Assembly: GCA_964634875.1 (NCBI GenBank)
Contig: CAZWKA010000001.1
Location: 101,600-165,599 of the forward strand
DNA: 64,000 nucleotides
Direction: 5' to 3'
DNA from: an uncultured Gammaproteobacteria bacterium
Lineage (GTDB): Bacteria; Patescibacteriota; Patescibacteriia; Magasanikbacterales; GWA2-37-8
This document shows, in pieces, positions 49,867 through 58,001 of this stretch. How positions within the stretch are numbered: the stretch's first letter is position 1; each line of letters begins with the position of its first letter. The notes under the pieces were generated by a model. It was not told the DNA's origin. It worked only from the letters and a program-made list of their open reading frames with translations, and searched no databases. The position numbers were made by a program, and so were the translations under genes.

Positions 49867-50499
49867 ATGCCTATTCGTTCTTCAGCTTTGCTCTTCACGA
49901 TGCTGCTGGCAGGCTGTACCTGGTTGACCCAGAAGAATCCACAGCTGGAAGGCCAGTCCAACGGGTTGACCGGCCTGGTGGCTGGCGCCATTGCCGATAC
50001 CTTGATTGAAGGCCTGTCGCCATCGTGTACAGACACCGGAGCTTGCCAGGAAGATCCGAACGGGCAGCTGTGCAAGGAGTATCGCCAGTGTTTGCAGGCA
50101 GAGATTGACGGCTCGAAAACCGGTTTGGCTGCTGGCCCCATGCGCGGCGGCCGTCGCCGGGGCAAAGTTGCAGCGATCACTCCCGAAGGCGAAGCTTGTG
50201 ATACCGACACGTCCTGCCCGCATACCATGTTCAAACCCGGCACGCGAACGGTTAAAGTTTGGGTCGAGCCGCGCATACTTGGTAGTGGCGGAACCTATGG
50301 CCGGTGCTGGCAACAGGTTACGGCTATCTGCGCTGCGTGCGATCAGCCCGTTGGCTCCCCGCCAACTCCGGCTTCGGTTGAAGAAATCAAGAAGCTCAGC
50401 CAGATCATGTTTCCGGGTGACATCTGGAACGAAATTTTTATGGCGATGGTCAACCAAGGGGGTTGTTGGGACGAGCCCTGGGTTCCGGCTTTCCAGTAG
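49867..50499 (+). CDS. Cys-rich putative lipoprotein, family C
   Basis: LLAGC lipobox; DP..Q.CKEYRQC..EI; GAGGTG SD. Confidence 0.75.
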   Translation: MPIRSSALLFTMLLAGCTWLTQKNPQLEGQSNGLTGLVAGAIADTLIEGLSPSCTDTGACQEDPNGQLCKEYRQCLQAEIDGSKTGLAAGPMRGGRRRGKVAAITPEGEACDTDTSCPHTMFKPGTRTVKVWVEPRILGSGGTYGRCWQQVTAICAACDQPVGSPPTPASVEEIKKLSQIMFPGDIWNEIFMAMVNQGGCWDEPWVPAFQ

Positions 50500-50609
50500 C
50501 CCTGCCCCCCCACAAAAGCGGCCGAACAGGGTTCGGCCGCGCCCTTCAGTACTGTTCGCAAGTTTTACTTGCGCCCAGTAGTGAGTGACACCAATCCACG
50601 AGGTGCAAC

Positions 50610-51164
50610 ATGGTCAAAGTAGGAGTATGTTACAAGCCCACACTTGTCTTGATGTTGTTGTTGGGTGGTTGTAAGTGGTTAGTTACTCCAACAAATCCCG
50701 AGCTTGCCAATGCTGGCGGGGGTAGTTTTGGAGGCTTTGTTGGCGGTTTGATTGAAAAAGGTTTGCAGCCAACCTGTCAGCGACCCGAATCTTGCGATAG
50801 CGACCCTGATAGCCAAGAGTGCCGTGACTACCGCCAGTGCGTGGTGGATGAAATCAGGAATGGCGGTGGTTCTGCTGAGTCGTCGGGTAGTGGGGGATCA
50901 GATCCCGCTGCTCCCGGAGCTGCCTGTGGCACCGATGTCACGGACTCCCCGCCAGAAGACGAAGCGGAGGAGAAGGAAAAGGCTCGCTGTCCGGTTTGCG
51001 GAGGTCCGATGAAGCGTAAGTCGCGACCGATGGTCGTAGACTTTGGTGCAAATCCCTACCGCATGTGGCAGTACCAGTGCACGAACCGAGGTGTTTCGCG
51101 CGGCGGGCAGTTCGGTCACGGCGACTTTTCCGGTCGACGCTGGCCGCTCAAGCCCGCCGAGTAG
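50610..51164 (+). CDS. Cys-rich putative lipoprotein, family C paralog
   Basis: LLGGC lipobox; DP..Q.CRDYRQC..EI; CPVCG; GAGGTG SD. Confidence 0.75.
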   Translation: MVKVGVCYKPTLVLMLLLGGCKWLVTPTNPELANAGGGSFGGFVGGLIEKGLQPTCQRPESCDSDPDSQECRDYRQCVVDEIRNGGGSAESSGSGGSDPAAPGAACGTDVTDSPPEDEAEEKEKARCPVCGGPMKRKSRPMVVDFGANPYRMWQYQCTNRGVSRGGQFGHGDFSGRRWPLKPAE

Positions 51165-51392
51165 CACCATCCCCATCCCTGCCTTGACAAGCCAACGTTG
51201 ATCGCATCTGCGATCCGTTGGCTGCTTATCCTGCACGCTAGTAAGTTGGCGTACGGGATAAAAAGAAAATCACTCGGAAACGAGTGATTTTCTTTTTCTA
51301 AGGCATTAAGGCCTATCTTGACGATAGTCGGTTTTCGTGATACCACGTTCTGTACAATCATTTTTGCCCTTGGGGGCAGGAGAAGAAATCCA

Positions 51393-51908
51393 ATGAAGCG
51401 ACGACTTTTGGGTTCTGTTGTCATGTTTTTAGCTTGTGTGACAGGTTGTGCTGCGTCATCGAGCTATCAGTCAGAGCCTGCTTCAACAGGTGTTGAGCCA
51501 ACTAATCCCCATCCCGCCTATTGGGGCCAGCTCCAGGCAGGGTTGGTTGATACAGGTCCGGTGCTGGTTGATCGAAGCTGTGACGACGCGGACGTAGTTG
51601 GTGCTGCGTCTGCGGCCAGCGACGAGGAGATCCCAGCGTGTGTCCACCCGCTCGCCCAGAATCCATGTCTCGTTGATAGTGAGGAGCAGTCGTATCAGCC
51701 TGACCCGGTTGGGGTTGGTGGTGAGGGCCGTTTCTTCGCCGGCCAGCGCTATGCGCTTGTTTTTGAGGTAAGCAAGGCGGTTGGCTGCCGGGCATCGTTG
51801 CGCTGGCTTTGTGGTACAAGTCGGGTTCTGCGGTGGACCAAGGTGGCGCGAGATCGCCTGCCACCCGAGCTCAATGAGTTGGCTACCCACATCGGCGCCT
51901 GCCAGTAG
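51393..51908 (+). CDS. Putative lipoprotein
   Basis: MKRRLL..VTGC lipobox; AGGAG SD; TTGACG promoter element at 51318. Confidence 0.7.
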   Translation: MKRRLLGSVVMFLACVTGCAASSSYQSEPASTGVEPTNPHPAYWGQLQAGLVDTGPVLVDRSCDDADVVGAASAASDEEIPACVHPLAQNPCLVDSEEQSYQPDPVGVGGEGRFFAGQRYALVFEVSKAVGCRASLRWLCGTSRVLRWTKVARDRLPPELNELATHIGACQ

Positions 51909-52025
51909 TAAGCTCGCTTCGCAGTGAGCCAACGTCGAGCAAACAGCTCGACGCCTTCCTCTACCTTCTGTTAGGGAATGTAGCGGAAGGCAAAAAAACC
52001 TGACCACAATGGTCAGGTTTTTTAT

Positions 52026-52982
52026 TTAAGGTTGGAGGGTGATGATTGCTACTTCCGGTGGGGTCAAAAAACGGATCGGCCCGCCAGACTCACTTACTCC
52101 GACGGTAGTAAATAATTTCTTACCATCAATCTCAGTCAGTCCGCGGTAATATTCAGGGCCTAGCTTCATGGCGGCATGCCCCAAGGGACCAATTATGGGC
52201 AACCAAATTTGCCCTCCGTGCGTATGCGCCGCCAGTGTTACTACTGGTTGGGTTTCGGTGTCTGGCCATAACAAGACCCCATCGGGATTATGGACAACCA
52301 AAATAAGTGGGGCAGTCTTGTTCCATTTTTTTAATTCATCAAAAGTATTCATCTCGCGGTAGACATCATCCATGCCAAACAAGCAAATTCTTTGCTCATT
52401 AATTTTTGGGCAACCTAGTTGGTCTTTAAGGAGTGTCAGCCCCATATCCTTCATTTTTTTCTCAACAACTGTCGACTGGTCGGCGGCCAGCTGCAGGCCG
52501 TAAGCGGCATACCCGTATTCGTGATTGCCCATGACATAGTATGTTGGGAAATGTTTGGGCAGTTCACGCAAGGGCTCTAGATATTCGGTTTCGTCCAAGC
52601 TGGTCCCGTGGTTGTAGACGTTGTCGCCAGCGATGACGACCATATCAGGTTTTGCCTCGATAATTTTGTTGACTACTTTTTGTGCCCAAGCTGCTTTTTT
52701 ATGTTCGCCGACATGGAGGTCTCCGATAAGGGCGATCCGAATTGATTTTTTGATGTCGGGAGTAGTAATTTTTTCTTCGTGGATAACTAATCGATTAATT
52801 TCAATAAAGCGCGCATCAAACGCCATAAGTATTCCACTGCCCAAGATTCCAATACAGCCCCAGGCAATAATTCGGTGGCGGCCTAAAAATACCGTTTTGC
52901 TTTTTTGGTCACGATAGAAAAAATAAATAAGAATTCCGGCAACGAGTACGTATCCGTAGAGTATGATGAGATACACATTCAT
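52026..52982 (-). CDS. Membrane-anchored calcineurin-like metallophosphoesterase (YkuE-like)
   Basis: DLH, GD, GNHE, HNPD and HTHGGQ motifs. Confidence 0.93.
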   Translation of the reverse strand: MNVYLIILYGYVLVAGILIYFFYRDQKSKTVFLGRHRIIAWGCIGILGSGILMAFDARFIEINRLVIHEEKITTPDIKKSIRIALIGDLHVGEHKKAAWAQKVVNKIIEAKPDMVVIAGDNVYNHGTSLDETEYLEPLRELPKHFPTYYVMGNHEYGYAAYGLQLAADQSTVVEKKMKDMGLTLLKDQLGCPKINEQRICLFGMDDVYREMNTFDELKKWNKTAPLILVVHNPDGVLLWPDTETQPVVTLAAHTHGGQIWLPIIGPLGHAAMKLGPEYYRGLTEIDGKKLFTTVGVSESGGPIRFLTPPEVAIITLQP

Positions 52983-53075
52983 AGAAAAGTGAAGCTACGC
53001 TCAAAGTATAACATACTTTAATTTTCCAAACGAGATTCCCCCCCCAACCTGTGTTCGTTTTTTCTTAAAAAGTAA

Positions 53076-53113
53076 AATAAATACAGCTCCCGGTTGGGGA
53101 GCTGTATTTATTT
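53076..53113 (-). terminator. Terminator downstream of tRNA-Leu
   Basis: aatacagctccc..gggagctgtatt hairpin with A/T flanks. Confidence 0.75.
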
Positions 53114-53240
53114 TGGTGCCCAGAGTGAGAAGCTCACGCGTCACTTCGTTCCTTCACGGCAACCTGCGGGTTTCCGTGTGCCTTCCACCGCAAGTAGGGA
53201 AATATTTCCCCTACCACCCTTTGTTCGATTCTTATTTTAG
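53114..53240 (-). repeat. Duplicated tRNA-Leu 3' end with intervening ~110-nt structured segment
   Basis: TTCTCACTCTGGGCACCA (53131-53114) repeats the tRNA 3' end TTCTCTCTCTGGGCA. Confidence 0.75.
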
Positions 53241-53324
53241 TGCCCAGAGAGAGAATCGAACTCTCATGATGTCGCCATCGCGGGATTTTGAGTCCCGTGC
53301 GTCTACCAGTTCCGCCATCTGGGC
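53241..53324 (-). tRNA. tRNA-Leu (CAA)
   Basis: Acceptor GCCCAGA/TCTGGGC, anticodon arm CGGGA-CTCAAAA-TCCCG, long variable arm, T loop TTCGATT. Confidence 0.96.
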
Positions 53325-53488
53325 CTGAAAAATGCAAAGCGTAAAGTGAAAAGTGTAAAATACACATGTCGCAAAGCGACTCCTTTATTTTTAACTTTTC
53401 GTTTTTAGTTTTGCGCTTTAATAATAGTCCAATATTGTTTTTCTGTCAACGGTTATGCTATACTATGAATACTTTTATTATCCGTGGT

Positions 53489-54265
53489 ATGTCCGTCGTC
53501 ATTTCTGTCGTTAACCAAAAAGGAGGGGTTGGTAAGACCACAACGGCCGTTAATTTGGCTGCAGGTATTGCCGAAACCGGCAAATTTGTCTTGCTTGTGG
53601 ATCTTGATCCGCAGGGGAATGCGACGAGCGGTCTTGGTCTCAAAAATGAAGGTCTGGTGCGTGGCCTCTACCACGCCATCATGGGTCAAGAACGCCTCCA
53701 TGACGTTATTTCAAACACGGCGCATGCCGGTCTCCGGGTTGTGCCAGCTACGCCTGATCTAGCAGGCGCCAATGTGGAATTGGTTACGGTCGAAGGCCGC
53801 GAAACCAAACTTTCTGACATCCTCAGTGAAATCAAGCATGCGTACGATTACATTATTATCGACTGTCCGCCATCCCTGGGTATCCTTACGCTCAACGGTC
53901 TGGTTGCTGCGGACCATATCCTGATTCCGGTCCAAGCTGAATATTACGCCCTCGAAGGCTTGGGTCAACTCCTCAAAACCATCGAACTTGTTCGCGACAA
54001 TATCAAACCTGAGCTTAGTGTCCTTGGGGCAATTCTTACCATGTTTGACACCCGCAACCGTCTGAGCGAAGAAGTTTTACAAGAGTTGTATAAATATTTC
54101 CCCAACACCATTTTCCGCTCCGTCATTCCGCGCACTGTTCGCCTTGCCGAAGCCCCCAGTTATGGTAAGAGCATTTTCCATTACGAACCGAGTGGAAAAG
54201 CGGCGAAGGCGTATGAACGGTTAACCAGAGAAGTGCTTGAGTATTTTGACAGTAAAAATAGTTAG
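53489..54265 (+). CDS. parA: Chromosome partitioning ATPase ParA/Soj
   Basis: NQKGGVGKTT, DLDPQGN, IDCPPSLG, RLAEAPS. Confidence 0.96.
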   Translation: MSVVISVVNQKGGVGKTTTAVNLAAGIAETGKFVLLVDLDPQGNATSGLGLKNEGLVRGLYHAIMGQERLHDVISNTAHAGLRVVPATPDLAGANVELVTVEGRETKLSDILSEIKHAYDYIIIDCPPSLGILTLNGLVAADHILIPVQAEYYALEGLGQLLKTIELVRDNIKPELSVLGAILTMFDTRNRLSEEVLQELYKYFPNTIFRSVIPRTVRLAEAPSYGKSIFHYEPSGKAAKAYERLTREVLEYFDSKNS

Positions 54266-54277
54266 TTTTTAATGATA

Positions 54278-54326
54278 AAATCCTAATGTCAAATGTCCAA
54301 TCATTTGGAATTTGACATTAGGATTT
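54278..54326. repeat. Empty hairpin related to the four helix bundle flanking repeat
   Basis: AAATCCTAATGTCAAAT / ATTTGACATTAGGATTT perfect 17-bp arms. Confidence 0.85.
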
Positions 54327-54340
54327 AGAAATTTACGCAT

Positions 54341-55192
54341 ATGTCCCTCGGACGCGGCCTTGGCGCCTTGATTACTCCTACAACAAGCGGACGGAGCAAA
54401 ACTCCAGCAGCTGGCAAAAGCGACGAAAAAGTCTGGCAGATACCGCTGTCAGATATTCACGCGAATCCTAGTCAGCCGCGCCGTACGTTTTCGCCCGAAG
54501 AATTGTCTGAACTCGCCGAATCCATTAAGGAACACGGCGTTTTGCAGCCTATCCTGGTCAGCGAACTGCCAACGGGCGGCTACGAGATTATTGCTGGTGA
54601 GCGGCGTTTTCGTGCTTCCCAAATTGCCGGCCGTTCCACAGTTCCGGTCATTGTCAAAGAACTGGCTGACCGTGAAAAATTAGAAGTCGCCCTCATCGAA
54701 AATATTCAGCGCCAAGATCTCAACCCGATCGAAGAAGCTGTTTCGTTTCAGCGGCTCATTGATGAGTTTGGCTTAACTCAAGAACAGGTCGCCGTTAAAG
54801 TCGGCAAAAGTCGCTCTGCTGTAGCCAACACGGTGCGCCTGCTCGACTTACCTGAGGAAGTGCAGACAGCGCTCGTCAACAAACAGATCACTAGCGGTCA
54901 AGGCCGTGCGCTTCTGGCGCTACCGAGCGCAGCCGACCAGCTGGATACATTGCATTCGATGGTGGGTAAAAAAATCACTGTTCGCGAACTGGAACAAACT
55001 GCTGCCGCCAAGCGACCGGTTCAAGGTGCTCTTCGTCGTGACCCTAACATTGTCTATTTTGAAACCCAAATCCGTTCGTCACTCGGCGCCAAAGCCGCTA
55101 TCAGCGAACGTGGAGGTAAAGGTGTGATCACCATCCAGTTCCATTCACCCGATGAGTTGGCTGATATTGTTAAAAAAATAATCGAAGAATAA
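54341..55192 (+). CDS. parB: Chromosome partitioning protein ParB/Spo0J
   Basis: LGRGLGAL, QPR, IIAGERRFRA, ENIQR, HTH. Confidence 0.96.
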   Translation: MSLGRGLGALITPTTSGRSKTPAAGKSDEKVWQIPLSDIHANPSQPRRTFSPEELSELAESIKEHGVLQPILVSELPTGGYEIIAGERRFRASQIAGRSTVPVIVKELADREKLEVALIENIQRQDLNPIEEAVSFQRLIDEFGLTQEQVAVKVGKSRSAVANTVRLLDLPEEVQTALVNKQITSGQGRALLALPSAADQLDTLHSMVGKKITVRELEQTAAAKRPVQGALRRDPNIVYFETQIRSSLGAKAAISERGGKGVITIQFHSPDELADIVKKIIEE

Positions 55193-55246
55193 AAAGTAAA
55201 AAACACAAAGTACAAAATACTTTGTGTTTTTTATTGTAAGTTATTT

Positions 55247-56752
55247 TTATTTTTTATCTTTACTTTTTGGCAAAATAAATTTAAGCCAATTGCTGAGTGA
55301 AGTATTTTTAAGTCCGCTCTTGATTTGTCCCTTTGCCAGGTGTGTCTTCACCGACTTCAGCCAGTCCGGGGAAGGTCCTTTACGGTTTTTATCTGTGATA
55401 ATTTCGACGACGTCGCCACTTTTGAGGCAGTCGCTCAGTGAGACTAACTGATCGTTGACGCGTGCGCCGCTGCACTTATTGCCGATCTCACTATGAATAT
55501 GGTAGGCAAAATCAACGGGTGTGGCATTCTCGGGCAGGTCAATGACGTCACCCTGAGGTGTAAAGACAAAAATATGATTTTGAAAAAAATCCACCTTAAG
55601 CTCTTCGAGGTCAGATTCTTTAACTAAAATTTCTTTTTGAATGCGTGCCAGTTCCTTGGCCCACGCAATATCTTTTTGTGGCAGCCGGGCACCTTGTTCA
55701 TCGTACAGCCAATGCGCGGCCACACCAAATTCTGCTTCGTCGTGCATGGCTCTTGTACGGATCTGGAATTCCACGATTTTTCCGCCCTCGCAAAACACCG
55801 TCGTATGGAGCGACTTATAGCCGTTGGGTTTCGGCTGGGCAATATAATCTTTGATGCGACCCTTGAGTGGGCGCCATAGTTTGTGGATGATGCCAAGTGT
55901 GGCATAGCAGTCGCCAACGTTGCCGACAATAATCCGAAGTGCCACGATGTCGTAAATTTTATCAGTCTGCCAATCCTTTTTCAGTAGTTTTTGGTAGAGG
56001 CTATATAATTGTTTTTTACGCCCATGCGTCTCGAGCAACTTCACATCAGCCTTCAGAAGTTCTGTCCTGATCTGAGCCATTACTTTTTCGACATAGGGTT
56101 CTTCATCACTAAAAACACGGTCGCGCAGGGCAACGGTGCGTTCGTATTCTTTGGGGTAGACATACCGGAACGACAAATCTTCGAGCATCCCTTTGAATTC
56201 ACCCATACCCAGGCGGTGGGCGATTGGGGCGTAAATTTCCAGACTTTCAAGCGCAATACGATAACGCTTTTTTTCGGGCAGTGAATCGAGGGTGGACAGG
56301 TTGTGTACGCGGTCGGCGAATTTGATGATCATGACCCGCACGTCTTCGGCCATGGCCACGAACATTTTGCGCAGGTTCTCGATGTAGCGTTCCACGCCGC
56401 GGTACTTCAGTTTACCCAATTTAGTGATCCCTTCGATCATTTTGGCAATATCCGCGCCAAAGTTTTTTTCAATTTCAGCCAAGGTTACCGGGGTATCTTC
56501 GGGTACGTCGTGGAGCAAAGTTGCCAAAATAATACTTGGATCCATCCGCATTTTTGACAAGATATACGCTGCCGAAAGCGGGTGGATAATGTAGGGTTCC
56601 CCGGTTTTTCGGAATTGTCCTTCGTGTGCCTTGGCCGCAAAATCATACACTAAACGCACCAAAACAGAATCTGTTGTCGGGTGGTAGGATTTAATTTCCC
56701 GGATGAGGTGGTCAACCGTAAGGTCTGGGGGAATAATGATTTTATGGCTCAT
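55247..56752 (-). CDS. RelA/SpoT family (p)ppGpp synthetase/hydrolase (HD, SYNTH and TGS domains)
   Basis: HDVPEDT, KDYIAQPKPNGYKSLHT, VDFAYHIH; ends shortly after TGS. Confidence 0.95.
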   Translation of the reverse strand: MSHKIIIPPDLTVDHLIREIKSYHPTTDSVLVRLVYDFAAKAHEGQFRKTGEPYIIHPLSAAYILSKMRMDPSIILATLLHDVPEDTPVTLAEIEKNFGADIAKMIEGITKLGKLKYRGVERYIENLRKMFVAMAEDVRVMIIKFADRVHNLSTLDSLPEKKRYRIALESLEIYAPIAHRLGMGEFKGMLEDLSFRYVYPKEYERTVALRDRVFSDEEPYVEKVMAQIRTELLKADVKLLETHGRKKQLYSLYQKLLKKDWQTDKIYDIVALRIIVGNVGDCYATLGIIHKLWRPLKGRIKDYIAQPKPNGYKSLHTTVFCEGGKIVEFQIRTRAMHDEAEFGVAAHWLYDEQGARLPQKDIAWAKELARIQKEILVKESDLEELKVDFFQNHIFVFTPQGDVIDLPENATPVDFAYHIHSEIGNKCSGARVNDQLVSLSDCLKSGDVVEIITDKNRKGPSPDWLKSVKTHLAKGQIKSGLKNTSLSNWLKFILPKSKDKK

Positions 56753-56853
56753 GGTATGGTCATAAGTTAGTAAGTAGTAAGTTTATAAGTATTTTAAAAC
56801 TTTTAAAATTACTGCTTACGGCTAGTACGTTACCTTAGCATTCTAGAGAGGTC

Positions 56854-56882
56854 TTGACAAGAAGCGAAAAATGTGCTATACT
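56854..56882 (+). promoter_or_regulatory. Near-consensus sigma70 promoter of an ORF-less transcript
   Basis: TTGACA-17-TATACT with extended TG. Confidence 0.85.
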
Positions 56883-56888
56883 GTACTT

Positions 56889-57048
56889 GTGATACTAAGT
56901 TCAAAACTTTAGCGCCAACACACCACCTTTGTTAGTAATAACAGAGGTGATGCTGTTTTTAAGGGCTTTTTAGGCCTAAAAGCTTGCTTTTTAAACAGTT
57001 TTGTGCTAGACTGGCTTTCGTAGGCTCTCTACAGGGCCTTAGTATCAC
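56889..57048 (+). ncRNA. Structured ncRNA, candidate 6S RNA
   Basis: Closing stem GTGATACTAAG/CTTAGTATCAC starts at predicted +1; central bubble; inner stems; no ORF. Confidence 0.6.
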
Positions 57049-57081
57049 CATTGGCATCAAGGTTTTCCTTAGAGGCCTACT

Positions 57082-57109
57082 AAAAAATCCCTGGTAACAG
57101 GGATTTTTT
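57082..57109. terminator. Bidirectional intrinsic terminator
   Basis: aaaaaatccctg-gtaa-cagggatttttt. Confidence 0.85.
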
Positions 57110-57225
57110 AGTTTGTATTTTTTTCTTCAGAGAAGTACCGAAATTATTTCAGTTATTCATTTGAAGGGCCGGACGCTTGGGGAAGCGTCGCGGCCGGGTA
57201 GTTCCTGGGTGCAGGAACTGGGGGG

Positions 57226-57756
57226 CTAGTGGGGCTTGAGGGCAAGGTTCTGGGTGGCCGGCACCCGTCCCTCGCGGCCGTAGAAGTCGGGGCGCTCCTG
57301 GTCGCCGTAGCGGCGGCGCACGGGCATGTCGACGGGGGCGTGGTCACACTCCCGGGCCGGCGGCGTCTTGCGCGGGGTCTGGGGCGGCGGGGTGTCGAAG
57401 ACGACCTTGCCGTTCTCAATGCGGAAGTGGTACTGGGCCTGGCCGTGATAGGCGAAGAAGTGCCGCCCATCCGGGATCATGCGTGCCGTCGCCACACGCT
57501 GCGCCTTGTTGAGCGCGAGCTGGTGGGTGTGGCAGAGGCTGGACTCCTCACACGGCGTGCCATCCGACCAGATGCCGGGGCAGCGCTCGGGCGTCGCCTC
57601 GTCGTTGGCGAGGCGGACGAAGCGCCCGCCATCGTCCATCTTCACTATGTACCAGTGACCCTGGAACCAGAACCGCTTGCCGGCCCGGAAGTTGAGGCTG
57701 CGGGCGTGCCGGAAGGCAAGGTCGATGTCAGGCTGACTGTGGGGCTTGACGAGCAT
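57226..57756 (-). CDS. GC-rich hypothetical protein with Cys/His motif
   Basis: GAGGAGG SD; CPG..C..LCHTH; promoter TTGACA(57933-57928)-17-TATACT(57910-57905). Confidence 0.7.
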   Translation of the reverse strand: MLVKPHSQPDIDLAFRHARSLNFRAGKRFWFQGHWYIVKMDDGGRFVRLANDEATPERCPGIWSDGTPCEESSLCHTHQLALNKAQRVATARMIPDGRHFFAYHGQAQYHFRIENGKVVFDTPPPQTPRKTPPARECDHAPVDMPVRRRYGDQERPDFYGREGRVPATQNLALKPH

Positions 57757-57805
57757 GGGAATCCTCCTCAGTGTACGTGGGTGCTGGCCCTGGGGAACCA
57801 GCTTG

Positions 57806-57862
57806 AATCGGCGTGATTATGACCTAGTATGGACAGGATACTAGGTCATAATCACGCCGATT
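57806..57862. repeat. Perfect 25-bp inverted repeat with 7-nt loop
   Basis: AATCGGCGTGATTATGACCTAGTAT-ggacagg-ATACTAGGTCATAATCACGCCGATT. Confidence 0.95.
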
Positions 57863-58001
57863 GGCAGGCAAACCAAGGAATATTGTTAAAAAGAACAACT
57901 ATGCAGTATAGCCCAAAAACCGGTTTTTGTCAATAAGCGCCCCCCCCCAGAATAAAAAACAGCCCTAGGGAAGGGCTGTTTTAGAAAATGAGTGGGGCAG
58001 G

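Noticed and set aside
42093-51908. Orphan gene clusters as integron cassettes or a prophage
   Set aside because: No integrase, phage structural genes or consistent attC (RYYYAAC..GTTRRRY) sites were seen; several genes have their own promoters and orientation is mixed.
53134-53367. 77-aa ORF with AAGGAG upstream as a leader peptide for tRNA-Leu
   Set aside because: It reads through the tRNA, arises from the heptamer repeat, has no Leu cluster and has no terminator before the tRNA.
55247-56752. Short RelA/SpoT as a pseudogene
   Set aside because: The frame is intact with hydrolase, synthetase and TGS motifs and a clean stop; loss of C-terminal domains alone is not evidence of decay.
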